DNA from: an uncultured Candidatus Saccharibacteria bacterium
GTDB taxonomy: Bacteria; Patescibacteriota; CALEFQ01; G965231055
NCBI GenBank assembly: GCA_965231055.1
Contig: OZ246411.1
Coordinates: 409,875-473,874 of the forward strand
Direction: 5' to 3'
Length of the DNA: 64,000 nucleotides
The notes under the pieces are model-generated. The model saw nothing but the letters and a program-made list of their open reading frames with translations. It ran no database searches and was not told the DNA's origin. Positions within the stretch are counted from its first letter, which is position 1; each line of letters starts with the position of its first letter. Made by a program: the position numbers and the translations under genes. Shown here piece by piece: positions 37,291-48,399 of the stretch.

Positions 37291-38553
37291 ATGGAAAACG
37301 AATCAATGCCGGAGATGAATGCGCCAGAGAGCAATTCAACTCCACCAAGTAATCATGTGCCAAAAGCAATGCTTTGGGTAGTGATTGTAGCGATCATTGC
37401 TATCGCCTTAGTGGTGTTAATGGTTTTTTGGATGAATCAAGATGAAACAGTAGCTCCATCTGCAAATCCAGCTGCTAAGTCGGGGACTGCGACAGAATCA
37501 ACCGTGGACGCAGGGGCTTTTACGGGGTGGAATACATGTGAATGGGAGCAATATGGAATCACTTTGAAATATCCTTCAGGATGGACTTGTGAGAAAAAAT
37601 CGGATGAGAAAAATATAGAAGGTAAGACCGCTCTAAACTTTCTTTTTACGAATACAGATAAGACTGCAAAATTCAGAATCGGCTTTAGACCCAAGGGTAA
37701 TAATGATTATGCAGGACTTGCCATGACAGGAACGGGCGCTGGTGATTTGTCCGATATATCTCGTAGTGTTGATTTCGGAGCTTTTTCGTTGCAGCCCCAT
37801 TATCTTACTTATGGTGGCAGGAGAACTATGGTTTATTGGGGTAATGCGACTAATAACGAGATGAAAGATTATGAGTACAGTTTCTACTTTAATGTTGTAG
37901 ATTCTTCAACTGGTAATATTTCAGATGTAGATATTTCTACAGCTGAAAAAATGATTTCATCTATTGAGGTTAATAGCGACACCGTCGCCACTGACACTAG
38001 GACAACGCTTACCTCAGACAACTATGATCGGTTTTGTACTAAGGGGGACGATTGTCAAAATAAGTTTAAGAATATAAATAAAGACGAGTCAAATACAACC
38101 GTAAGATATAGTAATAGCGATCTTGGGATCGCCTTTGACGTGCCATATAATACCAGTTGGATTAATGATCAATATAAACTGAATCCTTATGATTCAGCCA
38201 TTTCGTCAACGGGCGACACTGTTTTGTATTTTGGTCCTATGGGTTTGAATTGTGAAGGGATCTGCGCAATAAGTCGACGTCATTACTCTTTGAGGATTAT
38301 TCAGCCCGAGAGTGCAGAGAAAGTTATGCAAAGGTATTCAGGTATAAACCTTTACGGTCCAGAAGTGGTTTTTATAGGAGGATTAAAAGCCGTGAAATAT
38401 GCAGAAACAGCTATGGGTGATGGATATTATGTGGAAGTTGTTGGAACAAAACATAATTATATTTTTGAATTTTCGGATTTCGGAGTCGATTCTGGTTCTG
38501 ATGCTTTTGCTAAAGTTGAAAATATAGTGAAGAGCGTGGACCTTATTGATTAG
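37291..38553 (+). CDS. N-terminally anchored extracellular protein, paralog family member 1
   Basis: MENESMPE...PKAMLWVVIVAIIAIALVVLMVFWMN anchor, then a low-complexity linker; C-terminal domain shared with 42185..43276. Confidence 0.8.
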   Translation: MENESMPEMNAPESNSTPPSNHVPKAMLWVVIVAIIAIALVVLMVFWMNQDETVAPSANPAAKSGTATESTVDAGAFTGWNTCEWEQYGITLKYPSGWTCEKKSDEKNIEGKTALNFLFTNTDKTAKFRIGFRPKGNNDYAGLAMTGTGAGDLSDISRSVDFGAFSLQPHYLTYGGRRTMVYWGNATNNEMKDYEYSFYFNVVDSSTGNISDVDISTAEKMISSIEVNSDTVATDTRTTLTSDNYDRFCTKGDDCQNKFKNINKDESNTTVRYSNSDLGIAFDVPYNTSWINDQYKLNPYDSAISSTGDTVLYFGPMGLNCEGICAISRRHYSLRIIQPESAEKVMQRYSGINLYGPEVVFIGGLKAVKYAETAMGDGYYVEVVGTKHNYIFEFSDFGVDSGSDAFAKVENIVKSVDLID

Positions 38554-38597
38554 TCGTAGTGAACTAAACACGCAATAAACTATTAAGAATAAAACAA

Positions 38598-39596
38598 ATG
38601 GAAAACTCAATGGATCCTCAAGTGGATCAGCCAGATAATACTGGTCACATGCCAAAAGCGATGTTGTGGCTAATAATAGTAGCGATTATAATGATTGGGG
38701 TAGTAGTGTTTCTAACTTTTTGGATGAATAACGATGATAGTGTAGCACCATCAGTTACAATAAATACCAGTACGGCAAATGAGGCGACAGATGTTGTCCA
38801 AGAACAAGCCAATGATGACTTTGAGGGATGGCAGACAAAAACAGCGACATATAAATACGGTAATACTAGTATTGATTTCACAATTAGGATACCTGGTGCG
38901 TGGTCTTCGGATAATGGTGTAACTGGTTTTGCTGCAGTAGATAAGGGCACTACTAATGGTTTTAATGGAACCACATGCATGCTTAAAACTCGCTGGGATC
39001 ACGGGTTAGAGGATTTTTCTAACACAGGAACCAGAAATTTAGACTATAAGAGCTTTAATCAAGTCGCGAATACTCGTATTAATAGTAAGGGTACCGAGTG
39101 GACTCAGGTCAATGTGAGCGGAATTGTGTTTGAGGTCTGGGCTTTTGAAAATCAGCAGAACTGTTATGACACAGTCGCACAGGCCTTGTGGAGTATGGAG
39201 CCAAATAACTATCAAAGTTTTTCTGGAGAAGGTTTTTCATTAAACTATCCATCCGGTTGGTATAGTAACGCTACGAGCGGGCCCAGTTTCTCTGAATTGG
39301 CTGGGTTTAATCCAGATGGAGTTTCTCACGTAGACTATAAGGTTTTAGTTGGAATACTGTCTGTGGATAAACAAAGTTATATAGATGGGCTAGCTAGTTC
39401 CAATCTAGTTTTACAAAGCAGAGATGATAATTTTACTGTAAGTAGTCAAAAAGTTGTGAAATTGGTTTATAAGAATATCACATCAAACAGGCTTACTACA
39501 TATTATGTGTTTGACTCTGCTGGTAAGGTAACTGTCGTAGTCGGTGAAGATCCTGAAATCAATCCTTTTGCCGACGCTCTTTCCGTTCATCCATAG
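38598..39596 (+). CDS. N-terminally anchored extracellular protein, paralog family member 2 (divergent C-terminus)
   Basis: MENSMDP...PKAMLWLIIVAIIMIGVVVFLTFWMN anchor. Confidence 0.8.
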   Translation: MENSMDPQVDQPDNTGHMPKAMLWLIIVAIIMIGVVVFLTFWMNNDDSVAPSVTINTSTANEATDVVQEQANDDFEGWQTKTATYKYGNTSIDFTIRIPGAWSSDNGVTGFAAVDKGTTNGFNGTTCMLKTRWDHGLEDFSNTGTRNLDYKSFNQVANTRINSKGTEWTQVNVSGIVFEVWAFENQQNCYDTVAQALWSMEPNNYQSFSGEGFSLNYPSGWYSNATSGPSFSELAGFNPDGVSHVDYKVLVGILSVDKQSYIDGLASSNLVLQSRDDNFTVSSQKVVKLVYKNITSNRLTTYYVFDSAGKVTVVVGEDPEINPFADALSVHP

Positions 39597-39616
39597 ATAT
39601 TTTAGGTAAATAAAAC

Positions 39617-39644
39617 GCGGGATCCCTGATGGGGTCCCGCTTTG
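39617..39644. terminator. bidirectional intrinsic terminator
   Basis: GCGGGATCCC tgat GGGGTCCCGC flanked by A-run and T-run. Confidence 0.7.
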
Positions 39645-39651
39645 TCATTGT

Positions 39652-39867
39652 CTATTGCTTTTGGATTTGCTTTGCTGATTCGGAATTTATTGGGGATATA
39701 ACCATTCCTCTAAATCCAATTCCGAGAATGAGCAGTCCCGATAATAAAGTTACTATGAAGACTGCGGTCTTGGGTTGATTTTCCTTCGAGAAATTTGCCC
39801 TTAGGAAAAGGTAAATCAGGCTTATAAGTGCAATTATTGCGCCAAACAATGCTACCAAATAATACAT
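39652..39867 (-). CDS. small two-TM membrane protein
   Basis: 71 aa; strong SD AAGGAGGT 5 nt upstream of the ATG on the minus strand. Confidence 0.65.
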   Translation of the reverse strand: MYYLVALFGAIIALISLIYLFLRANFSKENQPKTAVFIVTLLSGLLILGIGFRGMVISPINSESAKQIQKQ

Positions 39868-39980
39868 AAAGAGTACCTCCTTGATTCAAATCTAGCACCA
39901 AGGTTTTTTATTTGCAATAAACCTTGTTTTTAGGGCGATTTTTTGGCTTAGATTAGCGGTAAAAACGCTATGTTTTGGAC

Positions 39981-40009
39981 TTGCACTAGGGCAATAAAAC
40001 TGGTATACT
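39981..40009 (+). promoter_or_regulatory. strong sigma70-like promoter for gyrB (TTGCAC - 17 nt - TGgTATACT)
   Basis: TTGCAC 39981-39986; TATACT 40004-40009 with upstream TG. Confidence 0.6.
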
Positions 40010-40065
40010 TTTTGTGTGTAAAAAGGTTATTTTTGGACCCAATTCGGGTTATTTTGTTAAGTATT

Positions 40066-42169
<2,104 letters not shown>

Positions 42170-42184
42170 TTGCTAAACAAAAAA

Positions 42185-43276
42185 ATGGAAAACGAATCAA
42201 TGTCTCCCGTGGCTGAGCAAAAAAATCCTAATCATTTACCAAAAGCAATGCTTTGGGTAGTGATTGTGGCAATCATTGCTATTGCCTTAGTGATGTTAAT
42301 GGTTTTTTGGATGAACAAAAATGAGCCAACCACAGCGCCTTCTGTAAAAATAAACACAGAGTCCGAATCTACAGCGGATACGGTCACAGAAACGGAGTTC
42401 AAAAAATACACAAGTGATTTAGGATTTAGCCTAAACATCCCTAACGGAGTAGAGCGCACTAATGCCTTGAGTGATTCAAATAATCGTCTTGTTATGTGGG
42501 AAGGTATGGGGCTAGAATTTGAAGTTAGGTATAAAAATGATGCAACCACCACTATCGAAAATTATATTCATCTTGATTTTCCTCGAGATTCATTCTCTAT
42601 ATTGGGAGGAGAAAAGGCAAATGTAACCAAATCAACAACTGGATATTGTGATGGACCTGGTTGTGGAGATCCCTTCATAGCCTATACCGCTAAAAAAGGA
42701 AATGACTTTGTGAGTTTGGTTTTCTACGGCGACGTCAATCTTAGTGACATTGAGCAAGACATCCTCGATTCTTTTACGTTTATAAAATCTAGCGCTGAAG
42801 CTGGCACGAGAACAGATGATATTGCGGGGTGGAATGCGTGCGAATGGAAGCAATACGGAATTACTTTTAAATATCCTTCGGAGTGGACTTGCGAACAAAA
42901 ATCTGATGAAAAAGATGCGCTTGGTAGATCTTTTCTTTTTTTCAGATTTTCAAATTCAGATAAAAATCAATTCCTTGGAATCGGATTTGTTCCAAAGGGA
43001 TCTGAGCAATATGCTCCCTATGGCTATTCCGGTGCTTTGATAGGGGATTTAAGTGAAGTTCGTGAAGTTAATTTTGGTGATAAAGTTTTAATTGCTCATG
43101 AACTAACTTCTGACACTGGAATGAGAAATTTGGTTTGGTGGGGTGATAGACTAATTAATGAATATGGAAATTTTACATATAGTTTTCATATGACCGGAGA
43201 CGGGTCGATGAACTTTAGTGATTCTGACATAGCTACCGCCGAAAAAATTATTTCTTCTATAAAAATTTCCGAATAA
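42185..43276 (+). CDS. N-terminally anchored extracellular protein, paralog family member 3
   Basis: start at MENESMSP; anchor PKAMLWVVIVAIIAIALVMLMVFWMN is near-identical at DNA level to 37291; C-terminal GWNACEWKQYGITFKYPSEWTCEQKSDEK domain shared with member 1. Confidence 0.8.
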   Translation: MENESMSPVAEQKNPNHLPKAMLWVVIVAIIAIALVMLMVFWMNKNEPTTAPSVKINTESESTADTVTETEFKKYTSDLGFSLNIPNGVERTNALSDSNNRLVMWEGMGLEFEVRYKNDATTTIENYIHLDFPRDSFSILGGEKANVTKSTTGYCDGPGCGDPFIAYTAKKGNDFVSLVFYGDVNLSDIEQDILDSFTFIKSSAEAGTRTDDIAGWNACEWKQYGITFKYPSEWTCEQKSDEKDALGRSFLFFRFSNSDKNQFLGIGFVPKGSEQYAPYGYSGALIGDLSEVREVNFGDKVLIAHELTSDTGMRNLVWWGDRLINEYGNFTYSFHMTGDGSMNFSDSDIATAEKIISSIKISE

Positions 43277-43295
43277 GACATTCTATTGACACCAT

Positions 43296-43342
43296 GGGGC
43301 TTTTGGGTGTAATGTATACCCGAAGCCCCAGAGGGCTTTTTA
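43296..43342 (+). terminator. intrinsic terminator-like hairpin
   Basis: GGGGCTTTTGGGTGTA atg TATACCCGAAGCCCC then agagggcTTTTT. Confidence 0.5.
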
Positions 43343-43348
43343 AAAAAC

Positions 43349-43466
43349 GAGTGTTCAGCAATCAGTGCTCAGTATTCATTATTAGTTTTTATTGTAATAA
43401 TGAATTAATGGGGGGCATTAAGTGAGTTATTTGGAATACTGAAAACTGATTACTGAATACTAATAA
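43349..43466 (+). repeat. TTCAGT-rich inverted repeat (family B), about 35-nt arms around a 47-nt spacer, immediately upstream of secE
   Basis: left arm GAGTGTTCAGCAATCAGTGCTCAGTATTCA; right arm GGAATACTGAAAACTGATTACTGAATACT, which is the reverse complement of the left-arm pattern. Confidence 0.65.
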
Positions 43467-43470
43467 ACAT

Positions 43471-43656
43471 ATGTTTGAACGTATTGTAAATTTCATCAAA
43501 GAGGCCAGGGTAGAGCTTAAAAAAGTTGTATGGCCAACTAAGAAAGAAGTGTGGAAGGGAACCCTTACCGTGATTTTTGTAAGTGTAGCTACCGCTATCT
43601 ATTTGGGTGTACTTGATTTGGTTTTTGAAAATATCTTGAAAATAGTAATCAGATAA
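43471..43656 (+). CDS. secE: preprotein translocase subunit SecE
   Basis: 61 aa; KVVWPTKKEVW then a TM helix; precedes nusG. Confidence 0.85.
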   Translation: MFERIVNFIKEARVELKKVVWPTKKEVWKGTLTVIFVSVATAIYLGVLDLVFENILKIVIR

Positions 43657-43661
43657 TCAAT

Positions 43662-43717
43662 CAGTGTTCAGCAGTCAGTATTCAAAACAGTAAATATACT
43701 GAAAGTTGAACACTAAA
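43662..43717 (+). repeat. TTCAGT-rich inverted repeat (family B) between secE and nusG
   Basis: CAGTGTTCAGCAGTCAGTATTCA ... ATACTGAAAGTTGAACACTAAA. Confidence 0.6.
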
Positions 43718-43733
43718 TATTTAATATTCAATT

Positions 43734-44279
43734 ATGCCAAAGCAATTAGGAAAAAAAGAACGAGGATGGTATGTAATACATACATCTTCTGGCTATGAAG
43801 AAAATGTAGCTAAAAATCTCAAGCAGCGTGTTGAGTCACTTGGCATGGAAGATAAGATTTTTGATGTTATTGTTCCAAAAGAAAAGAAGATCAAAATCAA
43901 GAATGGAAAACGCAAAGTAGTAGAGGAAAAAATTTATCCAGGGTATGTGCTCGTAGAAATGATAGTAACAGACGATTCTTGGTATGTGGTGAGAAACACG
44001 CCTCAGGTCACAGGATTCGTGGGATCTGGTAATACGCCTATTCCTGTCTCCGCTGAAGAAATTACAACCCTAAAGAGAAGAATGGGTGTTCAGGAGCCAA
44101 AATACAAGATAGATGTCCTCCCAGGAGATCCTATAAAGATAACCGATGGTCCATTCAAAGATTTTGATGGAAAAGTCGGCACAGTTGACGAAGAAAAAGG
44201 AAAAGTCAAAGTGCTTGTAAATATGTTTGGACGAGAAACACCTGTTGAACTAGATTTCTTGCAGGTCAAAAAGCTCTAA
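43734..44279 (+). CDS. nusG: transcription termination/antitermination factor NusG
   Basis: NGN domain (WYVIHTSSGYE) and KOW (GDPIKITDGPFKDFDGKV). Confidence 0.95.
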   Translation: MPKQLGKKERGWYVIHTSSGYEENVAKNLKQRVESLGMEDKIFDVIVPKEKKIKIKNGKRKVVEEKIYPGYVLVEMIVTDDSWYVVRNTPQVTGFVGSGNTPIPVSAEEITTLKRRMGVQEPKYKIDVLPGDPIKITDGPFKDFDGKVGTVDEEKGKVKVLVNMFGRETPVELDFLQVKKL

Positions 44280-44306
44280 GCTGTTAATTACTTAAGATCT
44301 AAAAAT

Positions 44307-44735
44307 ATGTCATCTAAGAAAATAAAAGTTATAATCAAGTTACAGGTTCCTGGTGGAAAAGCCAATCCAGCACCTCCAGTTGGTCCAGCTCTTGGACAGC
44401 ACGGAGTTAATATTCAGGATTTTGTAAACAGATTCAACGAAAAAACCAAGGATAAGATGGGTGATATTTTGCCAGTTGAAATAACTGTATTTGAAGACAG
44501 AAGTTTCACTTTTATCTTGAAGACACCTCCAGTAGCCGAGCTTATCAAAAAAGCTATCAAACTGGAAAAAGGTTCTGGTGTCCCAAACAAGCAAAAAGTG
44601 GGTAAAATTACCAAAGCCCAGGTTGCTGAGATAGCCAAGATCAAGATGCCAGACGTAAATGCAGCTACCCCTGAAGCAGCCCAGAGAATCGTAGAGGGAA
44701 CAGCGAGAAGCATGGGTGTTGATGTGATTGCTTAG
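44307..44735 (+). CDS. rplK: 50S ribosomal protein L11
   Basis: [26 protein letters not shown]. Confidence 0.95.
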   Translation: MSSKKIKVIIKLQVPGGKANPAPPVGPALGQHGVNIQDFVNRFNEKTKDKMGDILPVEITVFEDRSFTFILKTPPVAELIKKAIKLEKGSGVPNKQKVGKITKAQVAEIAKIKMPDVNAATPEAAQRIVEGTARSMGVDVIA

Positions 44736-44763
44736 AAATTTGTTATAAATTAAATTTATTCAT

Positions 44764-45438
44764 ATGGCACGAGGCAAGAGATATCAAGAAGAAAAGAAAG
44801 CTATTACGCAAAAGAAGTATAGTTTTGCAGAAGCTTTTGAAGTGATTACAAAATCAAATAAACTAAAGTTTGATCCATCTATCGATATTGCGATCAGGCT
44901 TAATATAGACAAGAGCAGAAGCGATCAAACTGTAAGAGGAACCATAGAGTTTCCAAATCCTACAGGAAAAGTAAAGAAAGTGATTGCTTTTGTAACTCCT
45001 GAAAAGGTCAAAGCTGCCAAAGATGCAGGTGCCGATATTGTTGGTAGCGAAGAGCTCGTAGATGAAATCAAAAAATCTGGTAAAACAGATTTTGATGTAG
45101 CTATAGCTGAACCTGCTGCTATGAAATTTGTTGGAAGAGTGGCCAAAATACTTGGTCCAAGAGGACTTATGCCAAATCCAAAAGATGGCACCGTGACTCC
45201 AAAGATAGAAGAGGAGATCAAGTCCATAAAGGCAGGAAAAGCTACCTTTAAAAACGATGATGATGGCAATTTGCATGTGGTTATAGGAAAACTATCCATA
45301 GGGGCAAAGAAATTGGCTGAGAACGCAGAGGCGTTTGTGGGAGCAGTAAAGAAGGCCAAGCCAGATTCCATAAAAACAGAACTTATTGCAAATATGGTAG
45401 TTTCTTCTTCTCAGGGTCCTGGATTCAAAATAGGATAA
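44764..45438 (+). CDS. rplA: 50S ribosomal protein L1
   Basis: RGKRYQE ... FDPSIDIAIRLNID. Confidence 0.95.
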   Translation: MARGKRYQEEKKAITQKKYSFAEAFEVITKSNKLKFDPSIDIAIRLNIDKSRSDQTVRGTIEFPNPTGKVKKVIAFVTPEKVKAAKDAGADIVGSEELVDEIKKSGKTDFDVAIAEPAAMKFVGRVAKILGPRGLMPNPKDGTVTPKIEEEIKSIKAGKATFKNDDDGNLHVVIGKLSIGAKKLAENAEAFVGAVKKAKPDSIKTELIANMVVSSSQGPGFKIG

Positions 45439-45452
45439 CAAAAAATATCAAA

Positions 45453-45482
45453 CAATCCCCAAGCTAGGGGATTGTTTTTTTG
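45453..45482 (+). terminator. intrinsic terminator after rplA
   Basis: CAATCCCC aagcta GGGGATTG + TTTTTTT. Confidence 0.8.
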
Positions 45483-45499
45483 TATGAAAAAATATACAA

Positions 45500-46075
45500 T
45501 TGAGTATTATGATTAAAACACAAAACAAAATTCTTGCGATAGTGGGGCTTGCGGGTTCAGGCAAAACCGAAGCTGTTAGGATCGCTAAAAATTCGGGTAG
45601 GTTTCCTACCCATATTTATTTTCCAGAGATTGTTTTTGAGGAGCTCCAAAAAAGAAATATGTCTATCTCCGAAGCCAATGAAAGAATAATCAGGGAAGAA
45701 TTGAGAAAAGAGCATGGCATGGCAGTTATGGCTAAACTAAATCTTGAAAAAATCAAAAAAGGAATTGAAATCGGCAACGTGCTTATAGAAAGTATGTATT
45801 CCATGGAAGAGTACGAGCTTTTGAAAAAAGAATTTGGAGATGATTTTTATGTATTGGCTGTTTATACTTCTCAAAAAACTAGAATGGAGAGACTTGCGAA
45901 TAGGCCAGAGCGACCTTTGAGTAAGGTGGAGGTTGAGAGTAGAGATATCTCTCAAATCAACAATCTGCATCAGGCGGGTCCGATAGCTCTTGCTGATTTT
46001 ACTGTGCAAAATGAAGGGACGATGGCGGAGTTGAAAGAAAAGGTTGGTAATACTATAGATTCCTTAATAGGATAA
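45500..46075 (+). CDS. P-loop nucleotide kinase (dNMP-kinase / dephospho-CoA-kinase-like)
   Basis: Walker A GLAGSGKTEA; small kinase-sized protein heading a deoxypyrimidine gene block. Confidence 0.55.
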   Translation: MSIMIKTQNKILAIVGLAGSGKTEAVRIAKNSGRFPTHIYFPEIVFEELQKRNMSISEANERIIREELRKEHGMAVMAKLNLEKIKKGIEIGNVLIESMYSMEEYELLKKEFGDDFYVLAVYTSQKTRMERLANRPERPLSKVEVESRDISQINNLHQAGPIALADFTVQNEGTMAELKEKVGNTIDSLIG

Positions 46076-46184
46076 TAAATATCACGCATTGATAGTACTA
46101 CCTGTTTTATCAAGCTATAGATCGGTGTAAGGAACGCACATGTGCGTTCCCAACCGCTTGCTACCAATAACTAACCACAAATAT

Positions 46185-46670
46185 ATGCAAACACACAAAC
46201 GTCCATCTTGGGATGAGTATTTTATGAAAATAACCAATATGGTTGGAGAGAGAGGTACTTGCGATAGAAGTAGGTGCGGTGCTGTTATCACCAAGGATAA
46301 TAGAATTTTATCTACGGGTTACAATGGATCGCCCTCTGGAATGCCCCATTGCGATGATGTAGGCCATGAGATGCACGAAGTCATAGAAGATGACGGAACT
46401 CATTCCAAACACTGCATTAGAACCACTCACGCAGAGCAAAACGCTATATGCCAAACTGCCAAGCTTGGAATTTCTGTTGATGGTGGAACTCTTTATTGCA
46501 GAATGGAGCCCTGCTATACATGCGCCAAGATGATAGTGAATTGTGGAATAAAAAGAGTGGTTTGTGACAAGCGTTATCATGCGGCTGATAAATCTAGGAA
46601 TTTGTTTGAAAAAGCGGGAGTGAAACTAGAGGTGCTATCAAAAGAAGAAGAACAGTACGAAAACAAATAA
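46185..46670 (+). CDS. dCMP deaminase (cytidine/deoxycytidylate deaminase zinc-binding family)
   Basis: HAEQNA ... PCYTCAKMI zinc-binding motifs; start at the internal Met MQTHKRPSWDEYF. Confidence 0.85.
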   Translation: MQTHKRPSWDEYFMKITNMVGERGTCDRSRCGAVITKDNRILSTGYNGSPSGMPHCDDVGHEMHEVIEDDGTHSKHCIRTTHAEQNAICQTAKLGISVDGGTLYCRMEPCYTCAKMIVNCGIKRVVCDKRYHAADKSRNLFEKAGVKLEVLSKEEEQYENK

Positions 46671-46696
46671 TATTTTGCGTTTAGTTTTTATAATAC

Positions 46697-48373
46697 ATGT
46701 CTTATAAGTATTTAAATTGCAAAAAGGTAGAATCTCTTTTGTCTAAAAAAGATATGGCGAAAGAGATTTTTGAAGAATTAGAGTTTGGTCCTAATTCAGC
46801 TTTTTCTATTTGTAGGGCAAAGAGCCAGAAGCCTGGTAGTTTTGTGCTTCAAAAATATCCTTCAAATAAGCTCAAGAAATGGCCAATTTTCTCAGGCTCT
46901 TATCGGGTGAGAGATCCTAGGTGTTCAGTTGCCGTTGCTTTTCCTTTTCAGGAGGAGGTGCTTTTGGAGGAGGCACTGAGGGCTGGGGCCGCGATTGCTG
47001 GACCCTGTGTTACTCCGGACTTGGGGCCCGAGATAGTGATATCCAATATATTGGCAAACCCAAATATTAGATATCTTATTGTTGCGGGAAAAGAAAGTGG
47101 GCATATGTCTGGAGACATACTTAGTAATGCAAATTGGAACGGAGTAGATCCTAAAACAAAAAGAGTAATTGGAACTAAGTCAAAATCAAATCCTTATTTT
47201 CAAAACTTATCCCAAGAAGATATAGAAAAGTTTAAAAAAAGAGTAAAAGTGATAAATTTCATTTCTCCTTATTTTCCGGAAGACAGAAAAAACGTGGCTA
47301 ATACTATTAAGCTAATAGTAAGATGCTGTTTGCAAGAACCTTGGAATAAAATAAGATTCAAAAATAAAATGACGGGTCAGGATATTGTTCTATTTGATCC
47401 TGGATCGGAGGGTTTAAGTCCACATATTACGGCACTAAAAAAACCAGAAACAACGATAGTAGCTGAGGGTATTAGTAGAAATGGATCTAGTATTCACGCT
47501 AGGTATTTGGCAGATGCATACGAACCTTTTAAATCTTATTTATTGGTTCATGGCTCATGGGGTAAGGAAGAATCTGGCAGATTTGCTCTAGATATGCCGG
47601 GTTTTCAAATTACCATAGAAGATACTACTAAAAACTTAGTACCTCGTCGTTGGTATCCGGAGGGTTGGCTTACAAAGTTTAACGAAGTTGTGAATTACGT
47701 AGAGAGCTATGCTACGTGGGTTTATTTATTCCCTCTATCTATTATTAGAAAATCTTTGGGAAAATATCCAATGCCATATATTCCAGACATGAAGCTGATA
47801 GATTATTCTTACGGTACCAGGATAACGACATACTGGATAGATCTAGCATCTAGAAAAGAGAAGCGTCGAATAATAAAAAATGTTGAAGAAATTCACAAAA
47901 AATATTGTTCAGGTAAAAAAGTGCCTTCATTTGATGAAATAATAAAATTTCACGAAAAACTTTCCAAGGTGCAAAAAAAATCATTCAACCAGCTCAGGAG
48001 TGTTGCTAGGCAAGTTGCTTTATGTGTAAAAGAGGGAATAGGCGCTTCTTATAGAATTTATATGAGTTTGCATATTCCTATTTTTGATATGAATGATGAT
48101 CCCAGGGAAGCGCATCAGCCTTGTTTTATTGCTTACGCTTTTTATCCGAGACTCATCGAAAATAAATGGCAGCTAGACGCTGTTATGTATATGAGGGCCA
48201 ATGATGTTAGAGCTATGCCTGCAAATGCATATGGTGGAATAAAGCTCATGCACTTTGTGGCACATTGGGCTTCTAAGATTGCAAAAAAGAGGATTTTACC
48301 TGGAGTTTATACTCATCAAACAGGATGTGCTAATTATTGCGATTATATGTTGCCTAAGAATTTCAAGAAATAA
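46697..48373 (+). CDS. thymidylate synthase (ThyA/dCMP-hydroxymethylase superfamily)-like protein with a roughly 400-aa N-terminal extension
   Basis: C-terminal QPCFIAYAFYP ... LDAVMYMRANDVRAMPANAYGGIKLM aligns with the ThyA PCH ... LSCQLYQRSxDVFLGLPFNIASYALL core (Cys, Arg, Asp, Asn conserved); the N-terminal 400 aa is unrecognised. Confidence 0.6.
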   Translation: MSYKYLNCKKVESLLSKKDMAKEIFEELEFGPNSAFSICRAKSQKPGSFVLQKYPSNKLKKWPIFSGSYRVRDPRCSVAVAFPFQEEVLLEEALRAGAAIAGPCVTPDLGPEIVISNILANPNIRYLIVAGKESGHMSGDILSNANWNGVDPKTKRVIGTKSKSNPYFQNLSQEDIEKFKKRVKVINFISPYFPEDRKNVANTIKLIVRCCLQEPWNKIRFKNKMTGQDIVLFDPGSEGLSPHITALKKPETTIVAEGISRNGSSIHARYLADAYEPFKSYLLVHGSWGKEESGRFALDMPGFQITIEDTTKNLVPRRWYPEGWLTKFNEVVNYVESYATWVYLFPLSIIRKSLGKYPMPYIPDMKLIDYSYGTRITTYWIDLASRKEKRRIIKNVEEIHKKYCSGKKVPSFDEIIKFHEKLSKVQKKSFNQLRSVARQVALCVKEGIGASYRIYMSLHIPIFDMNDDPREAHQPCFIAYAFYPRLIENKWQLDAVMYMRANDVRAMPANAYGGIKLMHFVAHWASKIAKKRILPGVYTHQTGCANYCDYMLPKNFKK

Positions 48374-48399
48374 ATTTACTTTATTTTTAAAAATTTATT

